Both the position numbers and the translations under genes were made by a program. From the human T2T-CHM13v2.0 reference genome, Homo sapiens, in NCBI RefSeq assembly GCF_009914755.1, contig NC_060947.1: 64,000 bases of DNA; one strand, 5' to 3'. This document shows positions 1 through 12,758 of the stretch, piece by piece. The stretch's first letter is position 1, and each line of letters starts with the position of its first letter. The notes under the pieces are model-generated. The model made no database searches. It was given only the letters and a program-made list of their open reading frames with translations, and had not been told where the DNA came from.

Positions 1-211
1 CACAAATAACATAATTGAATTTGCTTTTAAATGCTCTTTAAGCATCATTTTTAATATTGTCTTCACTCAAGTTAGAAAATGTTTGGTGTCAAGTTGAAAT
101 AACTCACAAGGATGTGGTAAAAGCGTGGTAGATCCAGGCTGGTATCTCTGCTCTGTATTTTGTTAACTATCTGTCTTTATGAAAGCCATTTCTATTGGCA
201 TCAATTTTTTT

Positions 212-380
212 CAGCTGCAACATGAAGGCATGCATTAAATAATTTTTGAGATGCATTGCAACTATAAATCATTGATAATTTTTGTAACAAGAAGATTCAC
301 AGCTGCGACATGAAGGCATGCGTTTAGTAACTTTTAAGATGCATTGCAACTATGAATCATCGATAATTTCCAAGATTCAC
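212..380. repeat. Diverged tandem duplication, period 88 bp
   Basis: cagctgcaacatgaaggcatgc...gatgcattgcaacta...aagattcac occurs at 212-300 and again at 300-380. Confidence 0.9.
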
Positions 381-997
381 TTGGAATTCCATTTCTTGCA
401 TGAACTTGCATTTAATTCCATATGTTAGAGGGAGTTGGAGGGGGAAAATGAGATTTTATTCCAGGGAAGGATATAAAGGGTGTTAAACATTTTTTGCTAT
501 GTAAATATACAGGTCAGCTTTGCAGAAATTTTAAACATTTTGCAATGGGAAGCACAGGGTCCTTGGCATCTCAAGAAAACATCTGTAAACCTCAATAATA
601 TGGGAAGAATCACAGGGTTTTCAGGTTTGTAGTTTTAGGAGGCTTAGAAGATTATGATGAGAATTTCTTTAGGCTCCAGAAAAAATTGTCTCTCTTTTTT
701 CACAGCTGCTTTTTGGTGTTTCTTGAGGCTTTATTTTAACAACCATGTGCACATGTGATTTTATTATAAGCCACATCAAATCCTTTGATTCTATGTGGAG
801 GCATATGGAGTGTAAATTATGTATAAATGAGCAGTGAGCATACATTTGGCTATCCTAGGCAGTTTTGTGGTTTGTGGCAGAAAATTGCTGTGTGTGAGAG
901 CACCTAGGAGGAGAGATGTGGCGTTTGATGTCCAGAGACAGATAGGACTCAGTAACTACTATGGACAGATGAGAAGGAAGGCTCATTATGTTTTCTC

Positions 998-1720
998 TTT
1001 GAAACAGCTTTCTTGGGATATAATTTGCATACCACACAATTCACCCATTTATTTCTTATTTTTATTTTTTATAGATAGGGTCTTACTCTGTCACCCAGGC
1101 TGGAGGGCAGTGGCGCGATTATGGATCACTGCAGCCTCAGCATCCTGGGCTTAAGTGATCCTCCCACCTCAGCCTCTCAAGAAACTGGGACTACCAGCAT
1201 GTGCCAGCATGCTTGCCTGATTTTGTTGTTGTTGGGGTCTTGCTATGTTGCCCCAGCTGGCCTTAAACTCCTGGACTCAGGTGATCCTCCCACCTCAGCC
1301 TCCCAAAGTACTGGGATTACAGGTGTGAGCTACCACATCCAGCCCAGTTCTCCCATTTTAAGTATAACACGCAATCATTTTTAGGACATTCATAGTTGTG
1401 CAACAATCACCACAATCAACTTTAGAACATTCTCATCAATTCAACAAGAAATTCCACACTTTTTAGCTATCCTTGCATTATTCCTCCAATTACCCCTGAT
1501 CCCACATCCCTTGGCAACCAGTAATCTGCTTTCTGTCTATGGATTTGCTTATTCTGAACATTTCCTATAAATGGAATCATACCATATGTGGTCCTTGGTG
1601 ACGAGTTTCTTTCACTGAGCTTAATGTTTTCAAGGTTCTTCCACATTGTAGCGTGTGTCAAAGCTTCTTTCTTTTTTAAGGCTGATTAATATTCTATTGT
1701 GTATGGCTAGAACACATTTT
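998..1720 (-). mobile_element. Old L1 (L1MB/MC-type) 3' end, interrupted by an Alu
   Basis: Typical antisense L1M 3' motifs (ttgtgcaacaatcaccac, ctgctttctgtctatggatttg, aatggaatcatac). Confidence 0.8.
1052..1345 (-). mobile_element. AluJ
   Basis: Antisense Alu dimer; degenerate TSD aattcacccattt / agttctcccattt. Confidence 0.92.
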
Positions 1721-2079
1721 CATGATAACATTCAAAGAGTCAGAAACAAGTCTACAGGCTTTCCAGGCCAAATTCTAGGTGTGGTTTCTCTCGGCAAAGC
1801 ATTCTCCCTGAACCCCCAGAGCTGATTGCTGTATCGGGCCCTGTCCTGGTAAGGACAGAGAGTGACATTAACTCATCTCTCTTTCTTGGGCCTCACAGTC
1901 GTCTGTGTGATCGCTGCCAGCACAATGTGGAAGGGAAGTCTTGGTTTGGCTAACTGCAACGTACTCATGGCTCAGATTCTGACCAAAAGAGTTATTTCAT
2001 TAAAGACAGACAGGGCAGGTAGAAAAGCAAAGCGCTTGTAAACAAACCATGATGGGCTTCTCCCTTCCCCCTCTTTGCT

Positions 2080-2325
2080 TCCTTCCTTCCTTCCTTTCCT
2101 TCCTTTCTTTCCTTTCCTCCCTCCCTTTCTCCTTCCTTCTTTCCTTCCTTCGTTCCTTTCCTTCCTTTCCTCCCTTCCTTCTTTCCTTCTTTCCTTCCTT
2201 CCTTCCTTCCTTCCTTCCTTCCTTCCTTCCTTCCCTTCCCTTCCTTCCCTCCCTCTCACTCTCCTTCCTCCTTCCTTCCTTTTCTTTCCTTCTTTCTCTT
2301 TCTTTCTTTCTTTCTTTCTTTCTTT

Positions 2326-2368
<43 letters not shown>

Positions 2369-2468
2369 CTCTCTTTCTTTCTTTCCTTCCTTCCTCTTTC
2401 TTTCTTTCTCCCTCCTTTCTTCTTTCTTTCTCCCTCCTTTCTTCTTTCTTTCTTTTTTTCTTTCTTTC
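2080..2468. repeat. (CTTC)n/(CTTT)n pyrimidine tract, likely expanded from the adjacent Alu tail
   Basis: Visible tetranucleotide arrays abutting the 3' end of the Alu. Confidence 0.95.
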
Positions 2469-2762
2469 TGTCTTAGAGACGGTTTCACTCTGTTCTCACC
2501 CAGGCTGGAGTACAGTGGTGTGATCATAGCTCACTGCAGACTCAAACTCATGGGCTCAAGTGTCCTTCCACCTCATCCTCCCAAGTAACTGGGGCTACAA
2601 GTGTGTGCTATCATGCCTGGCTAATATTTTTATTTTTATTTTTGTAGAGACAGGGTTTCAATATATTGCTCAGGCTGGTCTCGAACTCCTGGGCTCCAGT
2701 GATCCTCCCACCTTGGCCTTCCAAAATGCTGGGATTATAGCTGAGAACCACCTTGCCTAGAC
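2469..2762 (-). mobile_element. AluJ
   Basis: Antisense Alu dimer with AluJ-type gatcatagctcactgcag. Confidence 0.92.
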
Positions 2763-2872
2763 CCCTGTCTTTCTGAAGGACTGAACACACTACTTGGGTC
2801 AGCCAAGGCAGAGAGATGTCTTAAGGCCAGTAAAACAAGCAACGAAGTGAGCCCTCAGAGGAGGGGGCTATT

Positions 2873-3900
2873 TCACAAGACCACTCTCACTTCGGACACC
2901 AGTTGCAGGTTGAGAAGAGTTCCCAAAACTACCCTCAAGTTTAGTAGTTCCCTAGAAGGACTCACAGAACTCACTGGAAGATGTTACACTCACATTTGTG
3001 GTTTATTACAGTGAGAGGATGACAGATCACAGTCAGCCAATGGAAGAGGTGCATGGGATAGAGGTCCAAGCCAAGTACCAAACAGAGCTTCTATTATCCT
3101 CTCCCCTTGGAGTCAGGGAAGTGTTGGTTTCTAGGCATCAGTGTATGGCAATATGCATGAAGTGTTGCCAACTTGGGTGTAGTAGTCCATTCCTGCCTTG
3201 TTATAAAGAATAAATGGAGTCTGGGTAATTTATAAAGAAAAGAGGTTTAATTGGCTCACAGTTCTGCAGGCTGTACAGGAAGCATGATGCTGGCATCTGC
3301 TTCTCAGGAGGCCTCAGGAGGCTTTCAGTCACGGCATAGGGTGAAGGGAGAGTAGGTGTCTCACGTGGTGGAAGCAGGAATGAGAGAGTGAGGAGGGGCT
3401 ACACACTTTTAAATGACCAGATCTCATGAGGGCACACTCACTATCACAAGGACAGTACGAAGGGGAATGGTGCTAAACTATTCATGAAAAATCCACCCAC
3501 AGGATCCAATCACCTCCCACCAGGCCCCACTGCCAACCTTGGGAATCACATTTCAGCATGAGATTTGAAGCATATCCAAACCATATCACTGGGCATATCA
3601 CCTGAGCCTTGGGGTTCAGTGTTTACTGAGGCTTCATTGTGATTGATTAATTGTCTATGTGGCTGATCATTCTCCAGTCTCACTGGAAGTCTACCAATAC
3701 CATGGAACCTGAATCCCATTGTTACTAATGGATGTGGCTACCCTGACTCCAAATCACACTGTTAGACTGCCCAGTGTGAACCAACACCCCTACAGAAACA
3801 AATACACTCCTGTCTTTGTTTGGCACACATTCCAAAGGCTTAGATGTCAAGTTTTAGAGTCAACGCCAAACCCAGACCTCTCCTTGAGCAAAGTTAAATT
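2873..3900. mobile_element. MER21-like ERV LTR, split by an MST insertion
   Basis: cacaagacc...cacttcggacaccagttgcagg and ctagaaggactcacagaactca resemble MER21; sequence resumes after 3589. Confidence 0.6.
3178..3588 (-). mobile_element. MSTB-type MaLR solo LTR
   Basis: tgtagtagtcc...aaagaggtttaattggctcacagttctgcagg...accatatca; TSD ttggg/ctggg. Confidence 0.88.
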
Positions 3901-3974
3901 CTAGCCAACTCCAAAGCCCAGACCTCTCCTTGAGCAACGTTAAACTCTTTACCTCCAGGTCTGCAGAACTGAAC

Positions 3975-4180
3975 AGATGTCCACATCCTAATCCCCCATG
4001 TGGGAGACAGAATAATGCCCCCAAAGATGCCCACATTCTAATCCCCATGTGGTGGAAAAAATAATGTCCCCAAAGATGTCTGCATCCTAATCCCCATGTA
4101 ATAGAATACTGGCCCCAGAGATGTCCACATCCTAATCCCCATGTGGTAGACAGAATAATGGCCCCAAAGGTGTCCATGTC
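3975..4180 (+). repeat. About 50-bp minisatellite (about 4 copies) made from the MLT1D 5' end
   Basis: Unit tgtggtagacagaataatggccccaaagatgtccacatcctaatcccca is repeated. Confidence 0.88.
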
Positions 4181-4525
4181 CAATGAATATGTTGATTTAC
4201 ATGGTAAAGCAGACTTTGCAGATGAGATCAAGTTAAAAATCTTGAGATGGGGAGATTATTCTGGATTATTTGGGTGGATTCAATGTAGTCTCAGTGGTTC
4301 TTATAGAAGGAAGGCAGGGATTCAGAAAAAGAGAAAGAGGAGATGTGACAAAGAGAGTGGAGGTTGGCGTGATGCAGGAAGAAAGAAGGCACCACAAGCC
4401 AAGGAATACAGCAACCTCTAGAAGCTGGAAAAAGCAAGGAAACAGATTCATCCATGGAGCATCCAGAAGAACCATTCTTGCAGACACCCTTATTTCAGCC
4501 CAGTGAGGCTCAGTTAAATTTCTGT
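4142..4525 (+). mobile_element. MLT1D-type MaLR LTR
   Basis: gactttgcagatgagatcaag...cttgagatggggagattattctggattat; agaagctggaaaaagcaaggaaacagattc. Confidence 0.8.
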
Positions 4526-5125
4526 TTTGGCCACTGAAATGAAGCCCCTTCCTTTATAAGGCAAAATACCTAGACCAGCAGCCAGAGGAGTCATGGTTTA
4601 AGGTCCTCAGTGGCCTGCGAGTGTCAATGTTGCTACCTTTGGCTGTACCTACAGCCAGCAGCTGCAACCCCCACTCATGGCATAAGATGCCAAAAACTGC
4701 AAGGTCACAGGAACATGCAGCCAGCACTTTACGCAGCCTCCATGGGGCTACACAAGAAACCCTGATATTGCAAAACAGCTCAGAGTTCATTGTTTCTCAG
4801 CATCCTTCTCAGGGTCTCCTAGATGATGACTTTGGGCATTTAAGGAGCAATTTATGTGTGCCCCTCCCCACTTGGTTAGGAGCCCACTGCAAAGTCTACA
4901 GGGGGTTTGGGGAGAAATAAGGACTTCTGTCTATCACTGCTCCAGTTACAATGGAAAGAGAGCCTGTCACATGACCCAAGCAGGCTCCCCCTCCTCCTGC
5001 ACATGAGCCTATGCTACTGGATGGAAGGAAAAGAAGCTCAAAGCTGCCTTCTCTTAATATCCTTCTCTGACTCAATGATTCCTACCTGGAGGTGGAAGAT
5101 GCTGAGAGGACACACACGTTTTTAT

Positions 5126-5970
5126 GGAGGGAGAGAAGGAGAGAGAAGAATGGAGGAAGAGAGAGGGAGAGAAGGAAAGGAAGGAAGAGAGAGAAGAAAG
5201 AAGAAAGAGAGAGGGATGAAGGAAGAGAGAGGAAGAAAGGGAGAGAAAGAAGGAAGGAAGGAGGGAGGGAGGGAGGGAAGGAAGGAAGGAAGGAAAGAGA
5301 GAGAAAGAAAGAGAGAGAAAGGGAAGGAAGGGAAGGGGAGGAGAGGAGAGGAGAGGAAAGAAAAGAGGAAAGGAAAGGAAAAAAATGAAAAGAGGGAGGC
5401 AGAGTGAGACAGAGAGTCAGAGAGAGAAAGAGGAAGAAAGAGAGAGGAAAGGAGAGAATAAGAAGGGGGAAATGGAGAAATATAAAAAGGACCAAAAAAA
5501 GAAGAGAGGGGGGAGGGAAGGAGAGAGAAAGAAGGAGGAGGAGGAGAGAGAAAGAAAGAAAAACAGGAAGCAGAGGGGAGAAAGAGAAGGAAGTAAGAGA
5601 AAGAGAGGGAAAGAGGGTGAGAGAGATAGAGGAACGAATGGTAAATAGAGAGAAGGGAGAAATGGAGAAAGGGAGAAGAGATTAAGAGAAAGAGAAGGAG
5701 AGCAGACAGAGAGAGAGATGAGATAGTCAGAGAGATATGAATGGAGGAAGGAAAGGAGAAAGAGAGAGAGAAAAGAAGGAGAAGGAGGAGGAGGAAGAGG
5801 AGGAGGAGGAAAGAGAAAGAGAAAGAAAAGAGGGGGAGGGAGAAAGAGAAAGAAGGAAAGAGAGCCAGACAGAAAGGAACAAATGGATAAACAGAGGAAG
5901 GAAGGGATGGAGAAAGAGAGGAGAAAAGGAGAGAGAGGGAAGGAAGGAGGGAGTCAGGGAGAAAGAGAGA
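5126..5970. repeat. GA-rich low-complexity purine tract
   Basis: About 840 bp almost entirely A/G on the + strand. Confidence 0.95.
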
Positions 5971-7129
5971 CACTGTGTGCTTGAAGAAAAGTTACAGGAC
6001 TGGCTATCATTTCCTCCGGAGGCCAACAAAACTCTCCCTGCTCGCTAAGCCCCACTGAATATATTTGAAAGAGCTAGTAAGAGATAAAATAAAATTGCTT
6101 TGTGATTATACTCAATGAGTCATGCTTGTTCGACACACCAGTTACATATGCTTTCCCCCTAAGAGCCCTCAAGAAATACCAGTCCTATAGTGTAATAGAG
6201 TTGGATCTCCAAGAGCTGTTTAGGAGCAAGAACTCAGCCGACAGGATTTCTGGAGAATTTCTCCTGGCTTGTCTCTGATCAAGCAACGTCACCAAGAGGC
6301 GATTATTAACCCCATTGATGTTGGATTCCTCACTTAGAGAAATGACGGAATGACTCCTTGTTCATCCTCAGAGCTCCTTTTATTTTCAAAGTTCTATCTC
6401 CTAGGTAAAGATTAAATTTCTGTATTTTATACTAAACAACTCCAGGCTCTAACCGTGTTCGTCTGCCCATGTGTTCAAGATGGGCACGCACATCAGAATA
6501 TCTTGAACTTGCTGGAAGAAGTTAAGGAGCATTCATGGTCTCCATCTTAGGTGTTTTGGAGGGTCTGTAGAAGGTTGGGGCTATTGCTGCTACAGAGACC
6601 ATGACTGACTTCATGAGGCTTGTTCTGATTGTTCACAACAATGGGGTTTGGACAAGAAGATGAAGGTGATGTGACAGGGTTAGATCCTGGAGAAACTCAA
6701 CTCACTTTGGACAGATAATGGGTGTAATGTCCCCTGATTGTCTGGACTTGACAGCAGAGGGCAGCCCACACTTGGACTGGCATTATTCAGCACATGTGCC
6801 ATTACATGTCATTAACCTTAACATGAAACTTTCACCTCTCAGCCCAGATGTCTTACCCAAAACTTTCTGGGTTTGTGGGTTGATGGGATATCTCTTGGTT
6901 GACTGGATTGTTGGCTTGGTGGCTGGGTTTTGCATCTCTGACACTGTCTTCATCTTTTGTCCTCCTGGCTTGAATTTTGGGATGAGGTATTCTGCAGTAG
7001 GCAGGCCTATGCAAACCTTTCCCCAAAAGTCCAAGAAAGCTGAGAAGTCAAAGAGAGAGGCTGACACATCTAGTTTCTCAGAAAAAACAAACAAACAAAA
7101 AAAACCCCAAAACATTTCATAGGTACTTA

Positions 7130-7398
7130 AAAACAGAAGCCATGTTTGTGTCTTGGATGGCAGAGAGAGAAGATGGTGGATCTCCACACCACTACCCCCA
7201 AATAACCCAGGACTTATATACCATGGAGTAAGGGGTGTGTAGGATGATTGTTTAAGGGCAGGATTTATGGCAAGAACATGCTCTTACACAAGGAACAGTA
7301 GATAGAATAGAAATCTTAGAGGCATGCCTGGAACTAGGGTCAATCAGAAGTCAACATGGTGGATTAGCATTCAAGATGGAGCTACTTTAGCCTCCACA
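7130..7398 (-). mobile_element. ERV1-class LTR fragment (subfamily uncertain)
   Basis: Ends caagatggagctactttagcctccaca (reverse of a TGTGGAGGCTAAAG... LTR start). Confidence 0.55.
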
Positions 7399-7677
7399 TG
7401 AAGATACTTTGATGATGAATGATGCACCTGTTCTAAAACATGGGTGGGCTGACACCTCAGCACTGGCCCTGGTTTTGTCTCCAGGACTCTCAGCAACTGC
7501 AGACCTCACAACTATAGGAACAAGCTTCCTACTCAGGTCCTCTGGCTCTCCAGAGCCTCTCTGTTTCTGAACTGTACTGACAATCCCTGATTCTTTACAT
7601 GAGTTCCTCACCACTTGCCTCATCCCAGCCGTGAGACTTCTGGATAGGCACAACCACGTGATTATATTATCAAAGGC

Positions 7678-7947
7678 TTGCCTTCCAACTGAAATAACCT
7701 TATAGGAAATTGTTTTGACATTTCAATAAAATAAACCCTCTTGAAGAGAAGCCAACACAAATAACCTTTGTAATAAATTCTGCTGTGCTATAGTAAGATA
7801 GTCACAGGAGTTCACTTCCATTCATTGAAAGTTTAGGGGAAAAAAGGGGGAAATCTTACAAGAATATAAGCTCATTCAGTTCATGCGTTCCTAGAAGGAG
7901 AGGTTGAGTTTGCATAGCTTGGCTCTTTCTCAAGTCCAAGTCTAGTC
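7678..7947 (+). repeat. Local direct duplication, copy 1 (partner 12486-12758)
   Basis: ttgccttcca..aaataaccttataggaaattgttttga...aagctcattcag...ctagaaggagag is shared by both copies. Confidence 0.88.
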
Positions 7948-9921
7948 AAGAGGCAGTCTTTATAAACAATGATAGACAACTTTTCTGGGGAAAGATTTGT
8001 TTGGAAAGAAATGGAGGATAATTCAAAAGAGGTGATTGAAGCCTTAGTACAGTGGGCTTTAAATGATGGGTTGTGTAGTGTTTATTTCTTCCTGTTGGTG
8101 GAGGAGAGTGATTAAGGGCTTTTCCTACCTTAAGGTGATCAAAGTGGTATTTTCATAAGATTAATCTGGCGGCAGAATGCAGATAGTTCTCAGCCTCCCC
8201 ACCCATCCTTGGCGTATATAGAGCACCTGGGGGCACATATGTCCAAGACAGAGACGTATACAGGCAAAGTAATGCTTTAATCTTATGTCTCAGACTAAAC
8301 ATAACTCAGAGGAAGACAATGTTGGGAAGAGCACCAAGAACTTAAGACATTTGTGCACATTCCACATTAGCCATCTTTTACATCACCCCTCGGAGCACGA
8401 GAGCTCTTTCACTTACTTTTGGCCAAATTGGATACAGTTTGCCTTCGTAATATGAGGGCTATATAGAGGCATTTCCCAAAATAAAAGAGTTTATACGTTT
8501 GACCCATCCCAGATTTTGTTCAATGCTCTAGTTCATGCTTTGGTGGTTTCCTCAGACACAGCTGAATTTATAAACATTCTGAGATGTCCCATAGATAGAG
8601 GATTCAACCTCAGTTCTTCCACCTAGCACACTTGCTTATAAAATGACATGTAACCTATGAGTTGGCTGAAGCCATGCTGAAAGCCAATTTTTAGGTTCCA
8701 AAGCAGAGAATCTTACAAGGATGTGCTCATTTTCACTTTGAGACACTGAAAGAGTTGGTGTCTAGGTGGTCTGGGATAATAACCTAAGCACATAATAGCT
8801 CTAAGCACGTTGTCATTAATCCTTTTATTGGCCATAGACCTCCATGTGGCTAGCCAACTGTAAAGAACACCACCCACCTCAGTGGAAAGCAGGTGAAGGG
8901 GAGAAATGCCTCAACCCACTCAACATTAGTAATAGTCAGAATGGAACTGATAGAATAAACCCTGGGCTCACCCCTTAGAGGAAAACTTAAGAGCTTATCT
9001 TCCTTTTATATTTTTCATTCTGTAATGAGATTGCTTTTTGCTAGTCTACCAATATATATGCTATTCATTTTTAATGCAAGAAAAAAATATGCATACCTAA
9101 TACAAACACACACACATGTATGTGTATATGTGTGTGTATGTGTGCATGTATTAGGTAAGTATGTGTGTATGCATGTGTATTTTTTCTTGCATTAAAAAAA
9201 AGATAACAGAATCTTTGACCACAAGATTTTGGGTAAAATACCACTTTAGTTTATGGAATAGCAACCTAGTAAAAGAGCATGAATGTTGAAAGTTATAAAG
9301 TCAGAATTCTTTGAGGATCAAAGACTTTTTCAGCCCATCAAACATCCAAGAGTAATTCAATGTGAAAATAGGATTTCTTCCCCTTGTGGGGGATTCCTCA
9401 ATCGCTGTTTCTTCATTTAAGCGACATTTGGACAGGAATAAAATGAGAAAGTACATGATTCTTCCAAAGTCCCTGAATTTTCAATGCGACCATATTGGAG
9501 ATGTTCTTTTTTGAACAATGTTCCCACAACTAGTAAAGCTTTGTCTAATTCAAGTCCATAAGATAGAGACTATGATACAGACATTTGATAAATATACACC
9601 TGAGTTGGTAGGTTGCAGAAGGAGCTGCTTTGTGCTTTGAATAACTCAATTTGGTGATCCACAGTGGATTGGGTGGCTTATTCCCAGATCCTCACCATCC
9701 TTTGTGGTCAGTAGATATGTCCAACCAGTTGATATGGAAATGGTCGTGTAGATTTAACTGTAGGACCAAGGCACATGCAGTGGACTTCTTTTGTCCTGGA
9801 AGAAATTAGATCAATTTCAGCATTGACAATAACATCTGAGCTTGGGTTGCTTGGCTTTCCTGGAAGCATGTTCTTTGGTGTGCAAAAAGAGGGTAGATAT
9901 ATATAATTAGTTTGAAATTTT

Positions 9922-9969
9922 TAAGGGACTTTGATCAACCCGTATAAGGGACTTTGATCAACCCGTATA
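9922..9969. repeat. Perfect 23-bp tandem duplication
   Basis: taagggactttgatcaacccgta x2. Confidence 0.97.
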
Positions 9970-10140
9970 GCTGCATAACGTGTGTGGGCTTTGTGAAATG
10001 TGCTGAGCGCTAATTTTTAATTCTTTCAGCAACACACATTCAAATGCAAACCTGAATGTGTTTGTTGTCATGCAAAATTAAAATAAGAAATGTAGAAAAT
10101 TCTTTAAAATGAAAATGATAGGGACTCACCTTATTTTGTT

Positions 10141-10447
<307 letters not shown>

Positions 10448-10615
10448 TTTATTTTGTTTCTAAGATGGGAAATGAACCTAAGACTCTTGAAGACATTTAC
10501 AACGTCAATTTTATCAAAACAATTGAGAGAATTCAGGTCATAATTTTGAGAAACAATAAAAATGGTCAGACAAATGCTGTCTATGACGAGTGAAAGAGCT
10601 CTATGAGTTTTAGAA

Positions 10616-10832
10616 CAATGGTCTCCAAGGTAGGGAGATTTTGTTCTATGCCAGGGGACACTTGGCAATGTCTGTAGATATTCTTCAGTGTCACAACTGA
10701 GTGGTCTCACTGGCACCTGGTGCGTGGAGCCCAAGGATGTTGCTCGACACCCTACAGTGCACAGGACACCCCCACCACAGAGAATCATCCACTCCGAAAT
10801 GTCAGCAGTGCCAGCTCAACTGCAAAACCCTG
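10616..10832 (+). mobile_element. MER20 (hAT-Charlie MITE)
   Basis: ccaggggacacttggcaatgtct...tgtcacaactg...gtgcacaggaca...aaatgtcagcagtgcc. Confidence 0.85.
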
Positions 10833-10859
10833 CCTTAGCATGAGAGACTCTGTGTGCCT

Positions 10860-11412
10860 GTCTGTCATCTATTTATCTATCTCTCTTTTTGTCCACCTAT
10901 CTGTTATCTGTCTATCATCTATATATCTATCCACCTATCATCTATTTGGTCATCTATCTGTTATCATTATTATCTATCTATATATCTGTTGATTATCTAT
11001 CTATTTATCTATCAATCCATCTGTATTAGTCCGTTTTCACACTGCTGATAAAAACATACCCAAGACTGGGTAAATTATAAAGAAAAAGAAGTTTAATGAA
11101 CTCACAGTTCCACGTGGTTGGGGAGACCTCACAATCATGGAGGAAGGCGAAAGGCATGTCTTACATGGCAGCAGGCAAGAGAAAGGATGAGAACCAAGAG
11201 AAAGGGGTTTCTTTTTATTATTAAAACATCAGATGTCCTGAGACTTATTCACTATCAGGAGAACAATATGGGGTAAACTGCCCCCCAAGATTCAGTTATC
11301 TCCCACCAGGTCCCTCCCACAACAGGTGGGAATTATGGGTGCTAAAATTCAAGATGAGATTTGGGTGGGGACACAGCCAAACCTTATCACCATCTATCTA
11401 TCGATCTATCTG

Positions 11413-11449
<37 letters not shown>

Positions 11450-11450
11450 A
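10860..11450. repeat. Degenerate (TCTA)n microsatellite split by THE1
   Basis: TCTA/TATC arrays at 10860-11021 and 11390-11450. Confidence 0.9.
11022..11389 (-). mobile_element. THE1 (B/C) solo LTR
   Basis: tgtattagtccgttttcacactgctgataaa...accttatca; perfect TSD ccatc. Confidence 0.93.
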
Positions 11451-11453
11451 TCA

Positions 11454-11652
11454 CAATGGTTTCCAACTGCAGTCCACTTTGCCCTCAGGGGACACTGGCA
11501 ATGCCTGGAGACATTTTCTCCAGGTGGAGGGTTGGTCCTGGCATCTGGTGGGTGGAGCCCAGGGACACTGCTCAACACCGTAGAGCACACAAGGATGCCC
11601 CACCAGAGAATCATGCAGCCCCAAATGTCAACAGTGCCAAAGTTGACACTGC
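11454..11652 (+). mobile_element. MER20
   Basis: caggggacactggcaatgcctggagacatttt...aaatgtcaacagtgccaa. Confidence 0.85.
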
Positions 11653-12485
11653 TGCTCTGATGGCACTGTTACTCTGTTATAGAAGCCATGTAGGTCTAAA
11701 AAGATACAATGTAGAGAGTAGTGGGGATTCCAGATGTGCAAATAGAGTAACAAGTCTCTCTGGTTTTATTTTGTGTTTGTTTTGTTTTGCTCCTGCTTGG
11801 GAGGAGGGAGTGGAAGAGGGGAGAGAAGCCAAATAATTGGATGCTGGGGATATCCCTAAATGGTGGGACCAATGACAAATCATCAGTAGTGGCGACACTA
11901 AAAAGAACTTACCGGAAAAGAATCTTTTATATCCAATTTTTAGCCATCTGTGTAGATTGGCTCTTCGTGTCTCCCTCATCCTCTAAACCTTCTCAGCAAA
12001 GCCTGATGCATACAAAGAAGTCTTGTGTGAATTATTTTGTTTGATTATTCCTTTACTTAGTCCTTTATTCATCTCTGGAGGAAATAAAAGAGTCGGGATT
12101 CTGTGACTGATTCAGCAAGGGGCAAAAGAGAGACAGTGTGTGGATGTTGGACATATGATCGACAGAATGAACTAATGAACTCAAGACACGTCCCCTTACC
12201 CCCATCCATACTTTTTATTTACTGGAATCCTGAGAAAAGCATCCACTGTTTGTCAGTCACAGAATTGGGCTTTGAATGGAATTTATCCAGGACTTAATAT
12301 GAACACACCTGGAATGTTCATTAGAGCATCTCTTCTCCAAATATGACATCATGGGAGTGAATGAAGCAAATCATTTTCTTGGCTACTTGGCTTGTAGGTC
12401 ATCTTGTCTCATACCTGGAGAAAAATGTCAGCTTCACTCTATGGTGAAGTCTTAGGATAACATCTCTTATGTAGAAGATGTGAGT

Positions 12486-12758
12486 TTGCCTTCCAGCTAA
12501 AATAACCTTATAGGAAATTGTTTTGATATTTCAATAAATAAGCTCTTTGAATAAGAGCCAATACAAATAACTTTTATATTAAATTCTGCTGGTCTATGGT
12601 AGAAGTTTAATCATAGGAGGTTACTTCCATACACTGAATAGTCAGAAAAAACATCAAAAATTCTATAAGAACATAATAAAGCTCATTCAGCTCATTCATA
12701 TCTAGAAGGAGAGCTTGAATTCATGTAAGTTGGCCTTTTCCCAGGTCCTAGGCTAGTC
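12486..12758 (+). repeat. Local direct duplication, copy 2 (partner 7678-7947)
   Basis: Collinear match to 7678-7947. Confidence 0.88.

Noticed and set aside
1972-2588. Long K/E/R-rich and F/L/S-rich ORFs
   Set aside because: Stop-free frames produced by (CTTC)/(CTTT) repeats
3975-4180. Repeat-spacer-like pattern as CRISPR
   Set aside because: Units are homologous along their whole length and derive from an LTR end
4907-6048. ORFs up to 283 aa
   Set aside because: Purine low-complexity tract; no splice or codon evidence
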